Of a stretch of 62,310 nt of DNA, positions 1 through 10,814 are shown piece by piece (positions within the stretch are counted from its first letter, which is position 1; every line of letters begins with the position of its first letter). The stretch is from IMG/VR virus record IMGVR_UViG_3300006224_000011, positions 1-62,310 of that record; one strand, 5' to 3'. Source of the stretch: a virus. Its lineage: Duplodnaviria; Caudoviricetes. The position numbers were made by a program, and so were the translations under genes. The notes under the pieces are model-generated. The model made no database searches. It was not told where the DNA came from and worked only from the letters and a program-made list of their open reading frames with translations.

Positions 1-447
1 TACTGGATTTAAATCCTTGTGGTGCAATATTAATCCATTTTCAATCTTTTCGTGGAAACGTTCCCAAACCATTCTTGCAGTATATTGATGTTTTGCTTTT
101 CCATCTACCCAACCGTGTACTCTAATATGTTTATCAACATGGACTCCGCCTGAAAAGGCACGAATCGATTGTCCAACTTTTAAATCTTTAGCTTGGATTT
201 TATTTCCTCTAAAAGTATAAAAATTATGGTCTGGAGTACATTTTACTTTTAATCCAGAATCAAATTCTACTTCTATAACATCTGTATTTTTTCTAGTTAG
301 TCTTGGTCTATCCATAACAGAAACTCCTGGAAGTTTCGTCTTAGGATTCCAGGTATAGACTAATACATCATACCCCTCTTCTGCTAATTCTTTAATTGGA
401 CGAGGGCCATCATAAACTGTTAATATTTTTGTATCCCCGGTAATACA
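1..447 (-). mobile_element. Intein (N-terminal part) at the RNR active-site NPC, probably with an HNH endonuclease
   Basis: After NP the frame reads CITGDTKILT (intein block A), later KVKCTPDHNFYT (block B TxxH) and AKDLKVG, then ARMVWERFHEKIENGLILHHKDLNP (HNH-like). Confidence 0.88.
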
Positions 448-1338
448 TGGATTAGCGGCGGAAATATCAGAAATATATGGAACCATGTTATCTTCATTAG
501 TTCTATCATAAAAGAAAATTCCTGGGTCTCCGCTTTCCCATGCCATATTGGAAATCTGCATCAGTAAATCTTTTGCTTTAACTCTTTTAACTTCTTCTCC
601 AGTAGTTACTGATTTTAAAGCCCACTCTTGATCTGTTAAAACAGATGACATAAAAGTATCGTCTAATATAACGGAAATATTGAAATGAGATAATTGGTCG
701 TCTTGTAGAGTTTTTTCTAGTACTTTAAAATATTTAGTACCTTTTTTATCCAATCCATTCATTTCAAGATTTCTCTTATACTCTTCTAATAATCTAGTAT
801 TTCTAGAATTAGGGGTGGATTTATAATTAATAAATTTTTCGATATCTGGATGAGATACATTCAGTAATCCTAATTGTGCACCACGTCTAGATGCTTGGGA
901 AATAACCTCTCCAGTTTGATCAAATAGCGACATAAAAGAAAGAGGGCCAGAAGCTTTTCCACCAGTGGTTTTTACATCAGCACCTTTTTCTCTCAAAGAA
1001 CTGAAATCATACCCGACGCCACCTCCCCAGGCAAAGATTTCAGCCGCATCTTTTAAAGTTTTATAAATTCCATCTCTAGAATCTTCTACCTTTAAAACAA
1101 AACAATTTGCATTGTTCTTTATATTAGTACCCGCATTCGCTAAAATCCTACCTCCAGGTAGAAATGCTAAATTATAAATTAGTTCAAAGAACTTTTTAGC
1201 ATATTCATCCCGTTTCTCTTGTGTACCCTCAGCACTCGCAACAAACTCAGCCACTCTCCAACAAGCTTGATTCCAGGTTTCTCCTCTAAATGCGGTATAC
1301 TTCATATCGAAAATTTTCTGTGCTTTATCGTTAAGCAT
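1..1338 (-). CDS. nrdJ: Class II (adenosylcobalamin-dependent) ribonucleotide reductase with intein; 3' part outside the window
   Basis: Hand translation from ATG 1338: MLNDKAQKIFDMKY...FLPGGRILANAG...NCFVL...GGGVGYDFSSLR...ASGPLSFM...RRGAQLG...HPDIEKFI...HFNISV...WESGDPGIFF...AANP-C. Open to the window edge and absent from the ORF track. Confidence 0.92.
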   Translation of the reverse strand, partial: MLNDKAQKIFDMKYTAFRGETWNQACWRVAEFVASAEGTQEKRDEYAKKFFELIYNLAFLPGGRILANAGTNIKNNANCFVLKVEDSRDGIYKTLKDAAEIFAWGGGVGYDFSSLREKGADVKTTGGKASGPLSFMSLFDQTGEVISQASRRGAQLGLLNVSHPDIEKFINYKSTPNSRNTRLLEEYKRNLEMNGLDKKGTKYFKVLEKTLQDDQLSHFNISVILDDTFMSSVLTDQEWALKSVTTGEEVKRVKAKDLLMQISNMAWESGDPGIFFYDRTNEDNMVPYISDISAANPCITGDTKILTVYDGPRPIKELAEEGYDVLVYTWNPKTKLPGVSVMDRPRLTRKNTDVIEVEFDSGLKVKCTPDHNFYTFRGNKIQAKDLKVGQSIRAFSGGVHVDKHIRVHGWVDGKAKHQYTARMVWERFHEKIENGLILHHKDLNPV

Positions 1339-2533
1339 ATTCAACTTCTCCGTTAAAATTTATTGTAACAAAATTATGTGTACCATCCTCAAATTTGCAC
1401 CTCATTAATTCCTCTACCCAGTCTAACTTAACTTCTAAATTAGTAGCCCAATAAGGGTCGTCTTGTATTATAGCTACATAAGCTATATTTCTAGTTCTAT
1501 TAGTTTCTATAACTTCAATCCATCTCATTACCAGTCCTCATACTGTTCATCATCTTCAGAAGGTATAACACCTTTAATTATCTCATATTTCAAACCACAT
1601 TTGCATCTACCCGTATCTCCAGGCTCACCATAAATAGTTTCTCCACACCACAAACACGTAGCCCGATGATCTTTCTTCCAATCATTCGTTAAATCTACAA
1701 TTAATTGAGGTAATACCATCAGCATTCTCCGTTAAATAAATGAAATAAACAACAAGATTCTCTTTCAATATCACCAGCAGTTACACATAATTTTACTTTA
1801 GATTTATACTGGTACTCACCCCAAATAGGCATAAATCCCCATTTTTCCATCCCATAATCAGGATAGTCTTTTAATATCTCTTCAAGAACACATTTATCAC
1901 AAGTAGTAAATTCCAGTTTCATTTTAAACCCTCTCATCCATATAATTAAAAATATTTTTTCCATAAAAACATTCTAAAACTGCCTCTAAAACAAACTCAT
2001 CAAGATCAGAGTCTATTTCTAAACAAGGTTCCAACTCACACTCTTCATAAGCATCTAAAAGATTTTCCAAAACTTCTATAAGTTTAGTATAATCTCTATC
2101 TTTTTGCCTTTTTATGTAAGGTCTTTCGTACCTAAAAAGTCTAGTGTCCATAAAGTTTTATTAGTCTTTCTAGAAATACCAAGTGATTCTCTAACTTGTC
2201 TAATTTTTCTAAAATCTCAATGTTTTTATCTTCTACTTCTTTAAAACAAATGTGTCCTAAAGTATAGTTATACCATACCCCACACTTATCACAGTGTACA
2301 TAATCATCAGAAAATGTAGCCATTAATCGTCCTCCTTATATCCATCGGGGGGTTTAATTTGTTTATCCCCCTCTATTTGGTATCCATTTTTTAATTCGTG
2401 TTTAAAGTGATGTTTTTTGAGTTTACAGGTATAGTAAACAATATCTGGATATACTGTCCTGGAACACCACACATATGCATTACATATAGGACAGAACATC
2501 ATAACATCGTCTTTAATCGGAAACATTGTCATT

Positions 2534-3079
2534 TTATATACCCAATACCTTAGGTAATTCTAATATATTATTAATCCATACAATTCCATTATTAGAGGCT
2601 TGCTCATAATAGTCATCATTCCACCTCTGTCTTACACCAATAAGGCTGGTGGTTCCTTGTAAAGACTTTAGATAGTCTGCCCTGTCTTCTACATAATAAT
2701 CTGTTTTAAATTTAGAGATGAAATCTTCTTTTCCATATTGAATAATAAATAATTCATCTGAGTTAGGAAAATTGTTTTTCACTAAAAAATCGGATGTTAC
2801 ATCAGTCATTTCTTTTTCTCTTTTTGTTAAATAGAAAACATCATATTTTTTAGCACATTTATTCACAACATCTACAGCACCGTCAAATGGTGCACCTCTG
2901 AACAAACTCTCTACTCTGGTAATATCGTGCCAAAACTTATCCGGCATGATCTTCCAAACATATGTCCAGAAATAGTCATAAGTATAATCCGTCTGACCGG
3001 AATTATAAAGATACTCCCACACATACAGATGCCACGGATATAGGACTCCATCTAAATCAAACCCTAATTTCTTTACCAT
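2534..3079 (-). CDS. HAD-family 5'(3')-deoxyribonucleotidase-like protein
   Basis: N-terminal FDLDGVL HAD motif I, PFDGA, YLTKR and YVEDR motif IV. Confidence 0.75.
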   Translation of the reverse strand: MVKKLGFDLDGVLYPWHLYVWEYLYNSGQTDYTYDYFWTYVWKIMPDKFWHDITRVESLFRGAPFDGAVDVVNKCAKKYDVFYLTKREKEMTDVTSDFLVKNNFPNSDELFIIQYGKEDFISKFKTDYYVEDRADYLKSLQGTTSLIGVRQRWNDDYYEQASNNGIVWINNILELPKVLGI

Positions 3080-3278
3080 CCTTTATTTTTCCTTTCCTCT
3101 GTTGCTTTATAGATTGCATCTTCCAACCACGTACTTCCAACCAAATACATTTCAAAATTATAGTACTCTGATACAGAATAAAACTGTTCAGTTTCCCCGA
3201 TAATACTTCCAGGTGCATGATATTCTATATCAACAGAATGTCCAAATTTTGTACTGGATAAAAATTTTTCAAATGATT

Positions 3279-3662
3279 TTAAGTAATTCTTCTCGTCCAT
3301 GTAGCACCATTTAAGATATAGATTTTTAATAATTTACTCTGCTCTTTAGCTAAGTTTATAGAATGCTCTGTACCTTTAGATTTACCATCCCAAAAAGCCA
3401 CCAGTTTATCACAGTTATCAACTATAAGTTGGTTTCTTATATAACCAGCAGATTTACCATATTTATCCCATTGTGCAGGGAATATTGATTTAGATATATT
3501 CTGTTCATCTGCAAACCTTTCTGCTAAAGAATCAATTCCCCTGGCACCACCAGAGATTATTAGTTTTACATCATAGTTATTTACTATAGACTCTAATAAA
3601 TCTCTTACATCATCATAATACTGCTCTTCAAACTGTCTTGAACCAACCACTGCTAACTTCAC
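3279..3662 (-). CDS. SLOG/YspA-like (DUF2493-type) protein
   Basis: KLAVVGSR, IISGGARGIDSLAE, AGYIRNQLIV and AFWDGKSKGT. Confidence 0.8.
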   Translation of the reverse strand: MKLAVVGSRQFEEQYYDDVRDLLESIVNNYDVKLIISGGARGIDSLAERFADEQNISKSIFPAQWDKYGKSAGYIRNQLIVDNCDKLVAFWDGKSKGTEHSINLAKEQSKLLKIYILNGATWTRRIT

Positions 3663-3663
3663 G

Positions 3664-4125
3664 CTATTCTCCTGTCTCTAAGTCAATATACTTGATTATT
3701 TTTTCTATAAAAACTGCTAAAAACGGCTCATCATTTTTCGAAAATTTATTGGCGCTAATTACCTTTTCCCCATCTAGAATGTCAACTCCACTCAATATTA
3801 ATCCTCTTTTACAATCTTCCCTAAGAATAAAGTATATAAATGGTGTTCTGGTTTGTATCATCTTCAGCTTTCTATATGGTATATTAATTGTTTCAAATGG
3901 GAAATACTCCCAATTACTAACCCAATTAGCACGTCTCTCTATATCTGCATATAGAAAACTGCCGTCCTTGAAAACAAACTTTAAATCTACATCATATTTA
4001 CCAAAAGGATACGACTCAACATCTAATAAATAATCACCAGTTCTATTTTTCATATCAGATACAATAGCTTTTTCCGCAATTATACCATAGTTTATATTTG
4101 TTTTATTTCCTAATTCTCTAAACAT
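3664..4125 (-). CDS. Putative PD-(D/E)xK nuclease-fold protein
   Basis: AEKA...YDVDL...YADIERR pattern resembling a restriction-endonuclease-like core. Confidence 0.45.
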   Translation of the reverse strand: MFRELGNKTNINYGIIAEKAIVSDMKNRTGDYLLDVESYPFGKYDVDLKFVFKDGSFLYADIERRANWVSNWEYFPFETINIPYRKLKMIQTRTPFIYFILREDCKRGLILSGVDILDGEKVISANKFSKNDEPFLAVFIEKIIKYIDLETGE

Positions 4126-4127
4126 AG

Positions 4128-4637
4128 TTATACTCTATCAAAAATAGATATAATCTGCATCCTACCAAAATATGTTTTAGGCATCCAGGCGTATAAACCA
4201 CTTAAAGTAAATTTATGATTCTTTCTATATCTACCTTGTTTATCCACAGGAGAAAACCAGTGTTGAAATATGATTCTATTTTTAGATACTCTACATAATT
4301 CAGATAACATATCGTGCATAATTTGTAACTTAGAATTATATGGAGGGTCTATTAATACTGTATCTATACTTTCATTAGCAAAAGGTAGTTTAGTCATATC
4401 TCCTATAATATCAACATCTTGCTCATACAAATCTAATCTTATATCTCCTAGCATACTTTTACCACAGCATACATGCAATGTATTTCCTACTAACTGTGTA
4501 CCTAAAAACTCTTCTACTTCTCTAGGCCACAACAATTTAGATACCGTATAAACATACGCATTACCAGCTAAAGGAATATTTCCTCTAGTTTGGTGTATTG
4601 CTGGTTGTTTCTTGTAAGTCACGGTTGACATTTTCAA
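4128..4637 (-). CDS. Small amino (N6A/N4C) DNA methyltransferase
   Basis: LHVCCG SAM-binding-like motif followed by catalytic IDPPY. Confidence 0.7.
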   Translation of the reverse strand: MKMSTVTYKKQPAIHQTRGNIPLAGNAYVYTVSKLLWPREVEEFLGTQLVGNTLHVCCGKSMLGDIRLDLYEQDVDIIGDMTKLPFANESIDTVLIDPPYNSKLQIMHDMLSELCRVSKNRIIFQHWFSPVDKQGRYRKNHKFTLSGLYAWMPKTYFGRMQIISIFDRV

Positions 4638-4811
4638 AAATCTTCCATAATTCAGGTAACGATGAATTTAACCAATCAGCTATTATTTTAGCATCTTTTT
4701 TATCTAGGGTATAGCCTATTGGTAGGCTTTTCCAAAACTTTTCCCAAACTGGTCTAATAACAACTATATACTCATCATGTTCCCAAATACTTACTTCAGC
4801 TATAAATTTCA

Positions 4812-5450
4812 TCATGGCATACCCCCCTGTTCAGAACGCCACTTTAAATATTCGTCGTCATCATCAAACTCACCGTAATGAAAGGGGTCGCCATATTTCT
4901 CATCATCCTGCTTAGCTAACCAATCTAGATAGTTCTCTGGGTCAAAACCCGCTTGCATAGCTTTTCTTCTAGCAACCGATTTCGTTATCCCACCACTAGC
5001 CCCCCTATCTGTTTTTATTGTATAAATATCTTTTAAATCCACACTCTCAACTTCTAAAGTAAGGCATGGAATAATTAAAAGCTGTGCAATCTTTTGGCCG
5101 TGAGATATAACTAAAGGTTTATCTAAAGGATTGAATATTTTTACTAATAATTCACCTTGATAACCTTGATCTACTATACCGCCACCTACTAAAAAGTCAC
5201 TACCACTTTTATTGGTTATAAAACCAAAATAATTGGTTGGAATTTCTACACACACTCCTGTACCTACTACAACTACCGAATTAGCATCTATTAAAGCCTC
5301 TCTACCCTCAACCCAGGGCAATATTAAATGGTCTTCCTTAATAGGATTGTAGTATAAGTCTGCATATAAATCTATTCCAGCATCTGTTAAGTGTTTTCTA
5401 GTTGGTATTTTAGCAGTTTCTGATAAAAGTGCAAATTTTATAGTGTTCAT
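4812..5450 (-). CDS. dut: Trimeric dUTPase
   Basis: DAGIDL, GIVDQGYQGE, KIAQL and DRGASG motifs. Confidence 0.92.
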   Translation of the reverse strand: MNTIKFALLSETAKIPTRKHLTDAGIDLYADLYYNPIKEDHLILPWVEGREALIDANSVVVVGTGVCVEIPTNYFGFITNKSGSDFLVGGGIVDQGYQGELLVKIFNPLDKPLVISHGQKIAQLLIIPCLTLEVESVDLKDIYTIKTDRGASGGITKSVARRKAMQAGFDPENYLDWLAKQDDEKYGDPFHYGEFDDDDEYLKWRSEQGGMP

Positions 5451-5754
5451 TCTTTATATGCTATCCCTTCATTATAACCATCTTCATAACCTGCCTCGTA
5501 TGCCTCATCATAGATTTCTTCTAAAATATTAGATAAAATATTCTCTAATCTATCACTAACTTCTGTAGAAATATCAGAAATAAAACTAGATAGATACTCT
5601 CTATATTCAGACGGACTGGTAAATCTACTCATCTCTCACATTTCCTCCATAATTTGATAAATCTGTTTCATATTTTAAAAGGTTCTTTCTAACTAAATTT
5701 GATAATATCGTATTTATTTTTTCAGCCTTTGTATCATCATCTTTCTTATCTAAA

Positions 5755-6678
5755 CTAAGAATTTCTTTTACGGCCTCTTCCACTGTTTTGTCCAGGTAAC
5801 TCAAAAACATATTTACTCCTATCATCGACTAATTCTACAAAATTTTCTACTTTATTTCCATCTCTAAAATAATCTACTGGATCATATCCAGATTCTTCAA
5901 AATCCACAAACGTATAAATCTTACATCTGTTTACTCCTAAGAATTTAGCTAATCTTACCGATTCTTTTCTACCACCGTCATCATTATCAAAAACAATATT
6001 AATCTTTTTTTGTCTGATAAACTTGCTATACCACTCTGGTAAATATCCTCCACCAGAATTTGACGCAATAGCTGGTAAACCATTTTGAATAAGAATCATT
6101 GCATCTACTGGCCCTTCTACATAATAAACCTCGTCTGTCATTTTCAAGACATCTGAATTGAACAGCAGAGGGCCGATATTACGGTAAAACCCCTTAATCC
6201 GTTTACTCGGATTATCCTGCCTCATTTGAAAGTTTCTAAAAGTACCGTCCTCAAAGAATGGTATCATACTAAAGTCATTATACCACCCTAATTGAAACCT
6301 GTCAATAGTATAATCCAGCAAACCTCTTCTATAAAAGTAATCTCTTTTATCTAATCCATGTTCAAAGAACACATCTACTAATCTAGGATAAACTACTACA
6401 TCTTCTTTTTTAGTATGGACAGTATGTACAAACGTACCTTCATAATCAAACCTTTTCAGATATTCTTTAGCATCATAGAAACTAAGCTTTCTAACTTGGG
6501 TTAGATAGATTAGAGGGTCTCCTACAATTCCTTGTGCATTCCAAAAAAAGATTCCTTTTTCTTTATCCAGCACCATAGAGGAACGTTCTTCAGCTTTTCC
6601 CCATCTAGATGCCTCTTTGGTCTCTAATCCAAAATCTTCATCAATTAGAGTTTCTAGAATATCTGCATTTTTTGTCAT
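5755..6678 (-). CDS. DNA primase (TOPRIM)
   Basis: YFYRRGL, VEGPVDA and VFDNDDGG motifs. Confidence 0.85.
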   Translation of the reverse strand: MTKNADILETLIDEDFGLETKEASRWGKAEERSSMVLDKEKGIFFWNAQGIVGDPLIYLTQVRKLSFYDAKEYLKRFDYEGTFVHTVHTKKEDVVVYPRLVDVFFEHGLDKRDYFYRRGLLDYTIDRFQLGWYNDFSMIPFFEDGTFRNFQMRQDNPSKRIKGFYRNIGPLLFNSDVLKMTDEVYYVEGPVDAMILIQNGLPAIASNSGGGYLPEWYSKFIRQKKINIVFDNDDGGRKESVRLAKFLGVNRCKIYTFVDFEESGYDPVDYFRDGNKVENFVELVDDRSKYVFELPGQNSGRGRKRNS

Positions 6679-7897
6679 AGATCACCTATATAAAATGACT
6701 TTCGCACGCAGTATCGTGTTCTATATGTCTTTCATAATAATTTTCAGGCTTAGGCTTTCCGTAAACCCTGGTTTTATAAATATCTTCTTTGCCACATAAA
6801 ACACAAATCCATTCTTCAAATTTATACCAGTAAGTACATTTAGTAGTATCTGGTTCTACACACTCATGACCACATCTAACACACTTAAAACCCACCAAGT
6901 CATCAGATAACCATTCTACAGCAAAAATGTGTTTCATTTACTTTTCCAGTATTCTATAATTTGAAATAAGCCGACCATAGCGGAAATTAAAAACCCCCAA
7001 ACAAAAAATGCCCTGCCTACCCCACAATCCATAGAAAAAGATAAAACCATTAATACTAATCCTAATATAAAGAGTAGGAGTATTACTAACTTATTGGCGT
7101 TCATTTTTGTTTCTTCTCTTTTCTTTCTTCTACTTCATCTGGAATAGATTTAACTACTCTACTATCCAAAGTTGTCTTATTTCTACGTTCATTTTTCTTT
7201 TCCCTACGCAGAGCGTGATAAAGTTTTGACAAGTTTATTTTCATCATTAGCCTCCACAAGATCATTTTTACTATTACAGTAATAACAACCTAATTTTTTC
7301 ATCCCTTCTATATACTCTAGTTCTTTTTGTTCGTCTCCTAGAGTTATAGAGTAACGTGTTTTTGTTCCACACTCTAAACACTGTAAAACTTTACTAACCA
7401 TAATTAATTTGCTTTCTTTTCTGTAATATTCTATCTCTAATACTGTTTAACTCTTCTGTATCTGTTATTTCAAATCTCCTGCCTCCATTTAATTTGTAAA
7501 CTCTTTTGCATAAATCACAAAACCAAAAGAGTTTATTTAAACCGTCTACTTCTAAGTTATAGATATCGAGACATAAATTACAGTTTGCACACTTCATTTA
7601 TAAATCCGCTTATTAATTTCGTCTAATTCTCTTTCTAATCTTAATACATCGAAAAATTTACCTATAGTAACCTCAATAACATCTTTTTCTAACCCTAGTT
7701 GTTCTGCTCTCAACATCGCATCATAAATATGAAAATTGAACTCTTCTGGTACATATTTCATAACTAATAATTCTGATAAAATCATTTCTGTATCTATCTT
7801 AATTGTATCGTCTAGTACCCAATCTCCAATATAATCTTCTTCTCTAAAATCATCTAACCCTATTCTCATTTTATTTTCCTTTCTTTTAGATAAAAAT

Positions 7898-7951
7898 CAG
7901 CCAACATTTTTTTCTTTTCCTCAAAAGATAGTTTTTTGCTGGATGTTGGCT
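7898..7951 (-). ncRNA. CAGCAA/anticodon-hairpin element, copy 2 (Leu-GAG-like loop)
   Basis: AGCCAACAU-CCAGCAA-AAAACUA-UCUUUUGAGGAAAAGA-AAAAA-AUGUUGGCU-G. Perfect 9-bp closing stem; the inner hairpin register fits a 7-nt loop less well than in other copies. Confidence 0.7.
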
Positions 7952-7962
7952 TAATTTATATT

Positions 7963-8024
7963 CAGACTACGCTTGACCGGATTCAATTATCAGTTGAAGG
8001 GTTTTTGTTTGCTGTATGTAATCT
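7963..8024 (-). ncRNA. CAGCAA/anticodon-hairpin element, copy 1 (Ile-GAU loop)
   Basis: AGAUUAC-AU-ACAGCAA-ACAAAAACCC-UUCAA[CUGAUAA]UUGAA-UCCGGUCAAGC-GUAGUCU-G, starting 3 nt after tRNA-Thr. Confidence 0.75.
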
Positions 8025-8027
8025 TGT

Positions 8028-8099
8028 AGCCTCCGGAGAGAGTCGAACTCCCATAATCAAGTTACAAAGTTGATATGCTACCATTTGCATTACAGAGGC
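8028..8099 (-). tRNA. tRNA-Thr(UGU)
   Basis: Cloverleaf: acceptor GCCTCTG/CGGAGGC, D-stem ATGC/GCAT, anticodon arm TCAAC-TTTGTAA-CTTGA, T-arm GGGAG-TTCGACT-CTCTC. No encoded CCA. Confidence 0.88.
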
Positions 8100-8121
8100 T
8101 ATTAGTTGTTAAGGTAATTAT

Positions 8122-8150
8122 AGTATAGCACATACCTTACAGTTTGTCAA
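8122..8150 (-). promoter_or_regulatory. Sigma70-type promoter driving tRNA-Thr and the CAGCAA elements
   Basis: TTGACA-17 nt-TATACT with extended -10 TG. Confidence 0.8.
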
Positions 8151-8376
8151 GGGTCAATTTTCAAGTCCGTACGAGCGTAGTGGTGCTCTCCTATCCTTAT
8201 TAGCACCATGTCCAGCCTGTCCCATTTTGGCATGATATAAGCAGATGCCACTCTCATTACTAAGAACAGCCCTGTTACAATATGGACAAATAGTAACTAT
8301 CCAATGCTCATGCTCCTCACAGATATCATCATTAGTGATATTGAAATAGTCACCTTGACAAACAGGACAAGTCATC

Positions 8377-8760
8377 TTAGCCCTTTCCTTTCTCTCTTTC
8401 CTCTTCTTCGTCTCTTTCTTCTTCTAGGAACTCATCATAACTTCTTGTTTCTTTTAGTAAGTCGTTGTATTCTTTGAGTTTCTTATAGCCTCCACTATAA
8501 AATAGCAGGGAAACTAGTGAACCAACCCCCACTAAAAGGGCAGAGCGTATCCACTCAACCCAATCTGTAGGCATAGTCACGTTACTAACTCCTAACAAAG
8601 CTAATAGTGGAAGTACTAATATATTTAAAACTGGAATTGATACGGCATAAAAAGCCGTTGGAAAGTCGTACTGTGGGTTTTTCTTTAGAAAACGAATACC
8701 CCACTTTACTAATTCCAATAACAACATAGCTAGTCCGCCGTTAATAAGCATATCATCCAT
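8377..8760 (-). CDS. Membrane protein with about 3 hydrophobic segments and a charged C-tail
   Basis: Hydrophobic stretches and a charged C-terminus. Confidence 0.5.
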   Translation of the reverse strand: MDDMLINGGLAMLLLELVKWGIRFLKKNPQYDFPTAFYAVSIPVLNILVLPLLALLGVSNVTMPTDWVEWIRSALLVGVGSLVSLLFYSGGYKKLKEYNDLLKETRSYDEFLEEERDEEEEREKGKG

Positions 8761-9358
8761 CTTTATCCTCCATTTTATCTACGAAGTTTAGTATAGTTTT
8801 TAATACTTCGTCTAGATCGTTATCATTATTTGTTATAATAAAATCATAGTATGTTAAATTTTCTGGCAAAGAATTTTCAGAAACGTCTTTAGCTAAGTCT
8901 CCTTTTAAACCGCCTCTTACGTCCGACTCAACTCTAACTGCTACTACAAAAAAATTACCTGTCTTTTCAAGATAGTTTCGTTCATTTTCAAAACGCCAGT
9001 CATCAACAATATACACATCAGACAAATATAAATCATCATCAATTAACCTAACCAGTCTTTTTACCCACACATCCTTATCATATTCTCTACCTATATTTCC
9101 GATACTTTGTAGTAATTTTCTACCCCTATCATCTTTATCACCATTCCAATTAAAGTAGTCAATCGCACAATCTTTTACTCCATCTGCAAAACCTAAAATT
9201 CGTGTAGAATAAGCATTGTCATTAAATAAGCTAACTAGTCTATTAGCAATATAAGTTTTACCTACTCTGGCTTTTCCAGATAAAAGAATGATGATTGATT
9301 TGGACTTATAAACATCATCCCACATAACAACTGATTTTACTAGTCCCGTTGCTTTCAT
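8753..9358 (-). CDS. Deoxynucleoside monophosphate kinase
   Basis: P-loop SGKARVGKT, FADGVK, RKLLQSIG..GR and DDWRFENE. Confidence 0.85.
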   Translation of the reverse strand: MKATGLVKSVVMWDDVYKSKSIIILLSGKARVGKTYIANRLVSLFNDNAYSTRILGFADGVKDCAIDYFNWNGDKDDRGRKLLQSIGNIGREYDKDVWVKRLVRLIDDDLYLSDVYIVDDWRFENERNYLEKTGNFFVVAVRVESDVRGGLKGDLAKDVSENSLPENLTYYDFIITNNDNDLDEVLKTILNFVDKMEDKDG

Positions 9359-10103
9359 AATTACTCCTCTCTATATTCACTAAGTAGTCCTTCCAAAACT
9401 TTTGGAGAAATAAAACCTCGGAATAACATATATTTTAAAAGAGCATAGAAGTTAAAACTAGATATAATCACTGAATCTGACGTAGTTATAAAAAATCTAC
9501 CTCCTTTATTCTTTTTAATTACAATTGTCTCTAAATCATCTAATTTAAAAATTTGTATGCTATTCATCTAGGTTATTCTCCATTGGGTATAATCTACCCT
9601 GATCATCTTCACTAATGTATAAACCATCAATTTCTAAAGACGGTAGAGTATTATGTATATATCCAGAAGTTTTACCAATTAACCTTCCTAATTGTTTAGG
9701 AAATAACCCTGGATTATCAGAAATTGTTTTAAACAGGTTTACTGCTACAGAAGTCCTTCTATTTCTCTTTGTCATACCCTTACTGCAAGAGCGCCTTTCC
9801 CTCGCCACTACCTAACTCTTCGTCATCCATAACTTGTTCAACAAACAAGTCCCCGTCTACCTGTTCAAGATACATTAGAACAGACATTGTAACTAGTTCG
9901 TTTGCTTTAGATAAGTCCTTATCAGTAGCTTGCATGCTCACCTGCCTACTGTCCCAGGTACTGCCATCAAAGGTCTTACTTTGGGTAACCTTTTGTTCTA
10001 CCTTCCAGTAACCATTAGACAGCTTGGTTGCCATCGTATCTGTAGTTATTCTATATCCAACAGTCTTATCGTTTACTAAATCAGCCATTTTATATGCCCT
10101 TTC

Positions 10104-10814
10104 TTATATTGAAGTCTTAATCCATTTACGCATAAACTCTATTCGATTATGTAACCTTTCAGTAATTATAACATCATATTCGCAGTGTGTCAAGACCAAA
10201 CTTATAGCATCTCTATCTCCATATTTAGCTAATCTCCATATATCCTTATCTAGAGGCGTTTTACCATCAATCCCTAAGTAATTGCATGCGTTATCTAATG
10301 AGTTTCTGGATAATTTAAGTTTGTCTCTTACAGTAAAATACAAGTCCCATTGAAACAATTCTCCATAACCTGGAAATTCTAATCCGTAATAAAGTGCTTT
10401 ACTTCGCATATATGGAATATCAAATCTACTAGAATAGTATCCTACAACAATTTTATAATTAGAAATTTCATTAATAAACTCTTTAATAAGTCTGTAATCA
10501 CTACGACCATCAAATAACTCATCTTTGGTTATAAAACTAGATATTATTTCCCCGTCCTTTTGTTTTATACACCATGCTAACACCGTACCAAAATCTGCAT
10601 TTAGATTATCTGTCTCAATATCTGCATACGCTATCCTGTATCCTGGGTATTTATACCACTCACTTCCTGTTACTTTAGAAAACGTTTTATCATCGGGCCA
10701 CTTTATCTGTCCCTTAACAAAACAAGATGGGTGCTCATCTATTGTGTGTCTGTGAACACAGCGCAAATCTTCTTTCATCTTTTTTGATTTTAATACTTCT
10801 TCTACAATACTCAT
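10104..10814 (-). CDS. RNase H-like/DnaQ-type 3'-5' exonuclease
   Basis: ADIET, YSSRFDIPY, DLY and HCEYDV exonuclease motifs. Confidence 0.8.
   Translation of the reverse strand: MSIVEEVLKSKKMKEDLRCVHRHTIDEHPSCFVKGQIKWPDDKTFSKVTGSEWYKYPGYRIAYADIETDNLNADFGTVLAWCIKQKDGEIISSFITKDELFDGRSDYRLIKEFINEISNYKIVVGYYSSRFDIPYMRSKALYYGLEFPGYGELFQWDLYFTVRDKLKLSRNSLDNACNYLGIDGKTPLDKDIWRLAKYGDRDAISLVLTHCEYDVIITERLHNRIEFMRKWIKTSI

Noticed and set aside
7898-8024. CAGCAA elements as degenerate tRNA pseudogenes or terminators
   Set aside because: They have no T-loop or D-arm remnants and no U-tract in the transcribed sense, yet share a fixed motif and compensated stems across four copies, which points to selection on a distinct structure.
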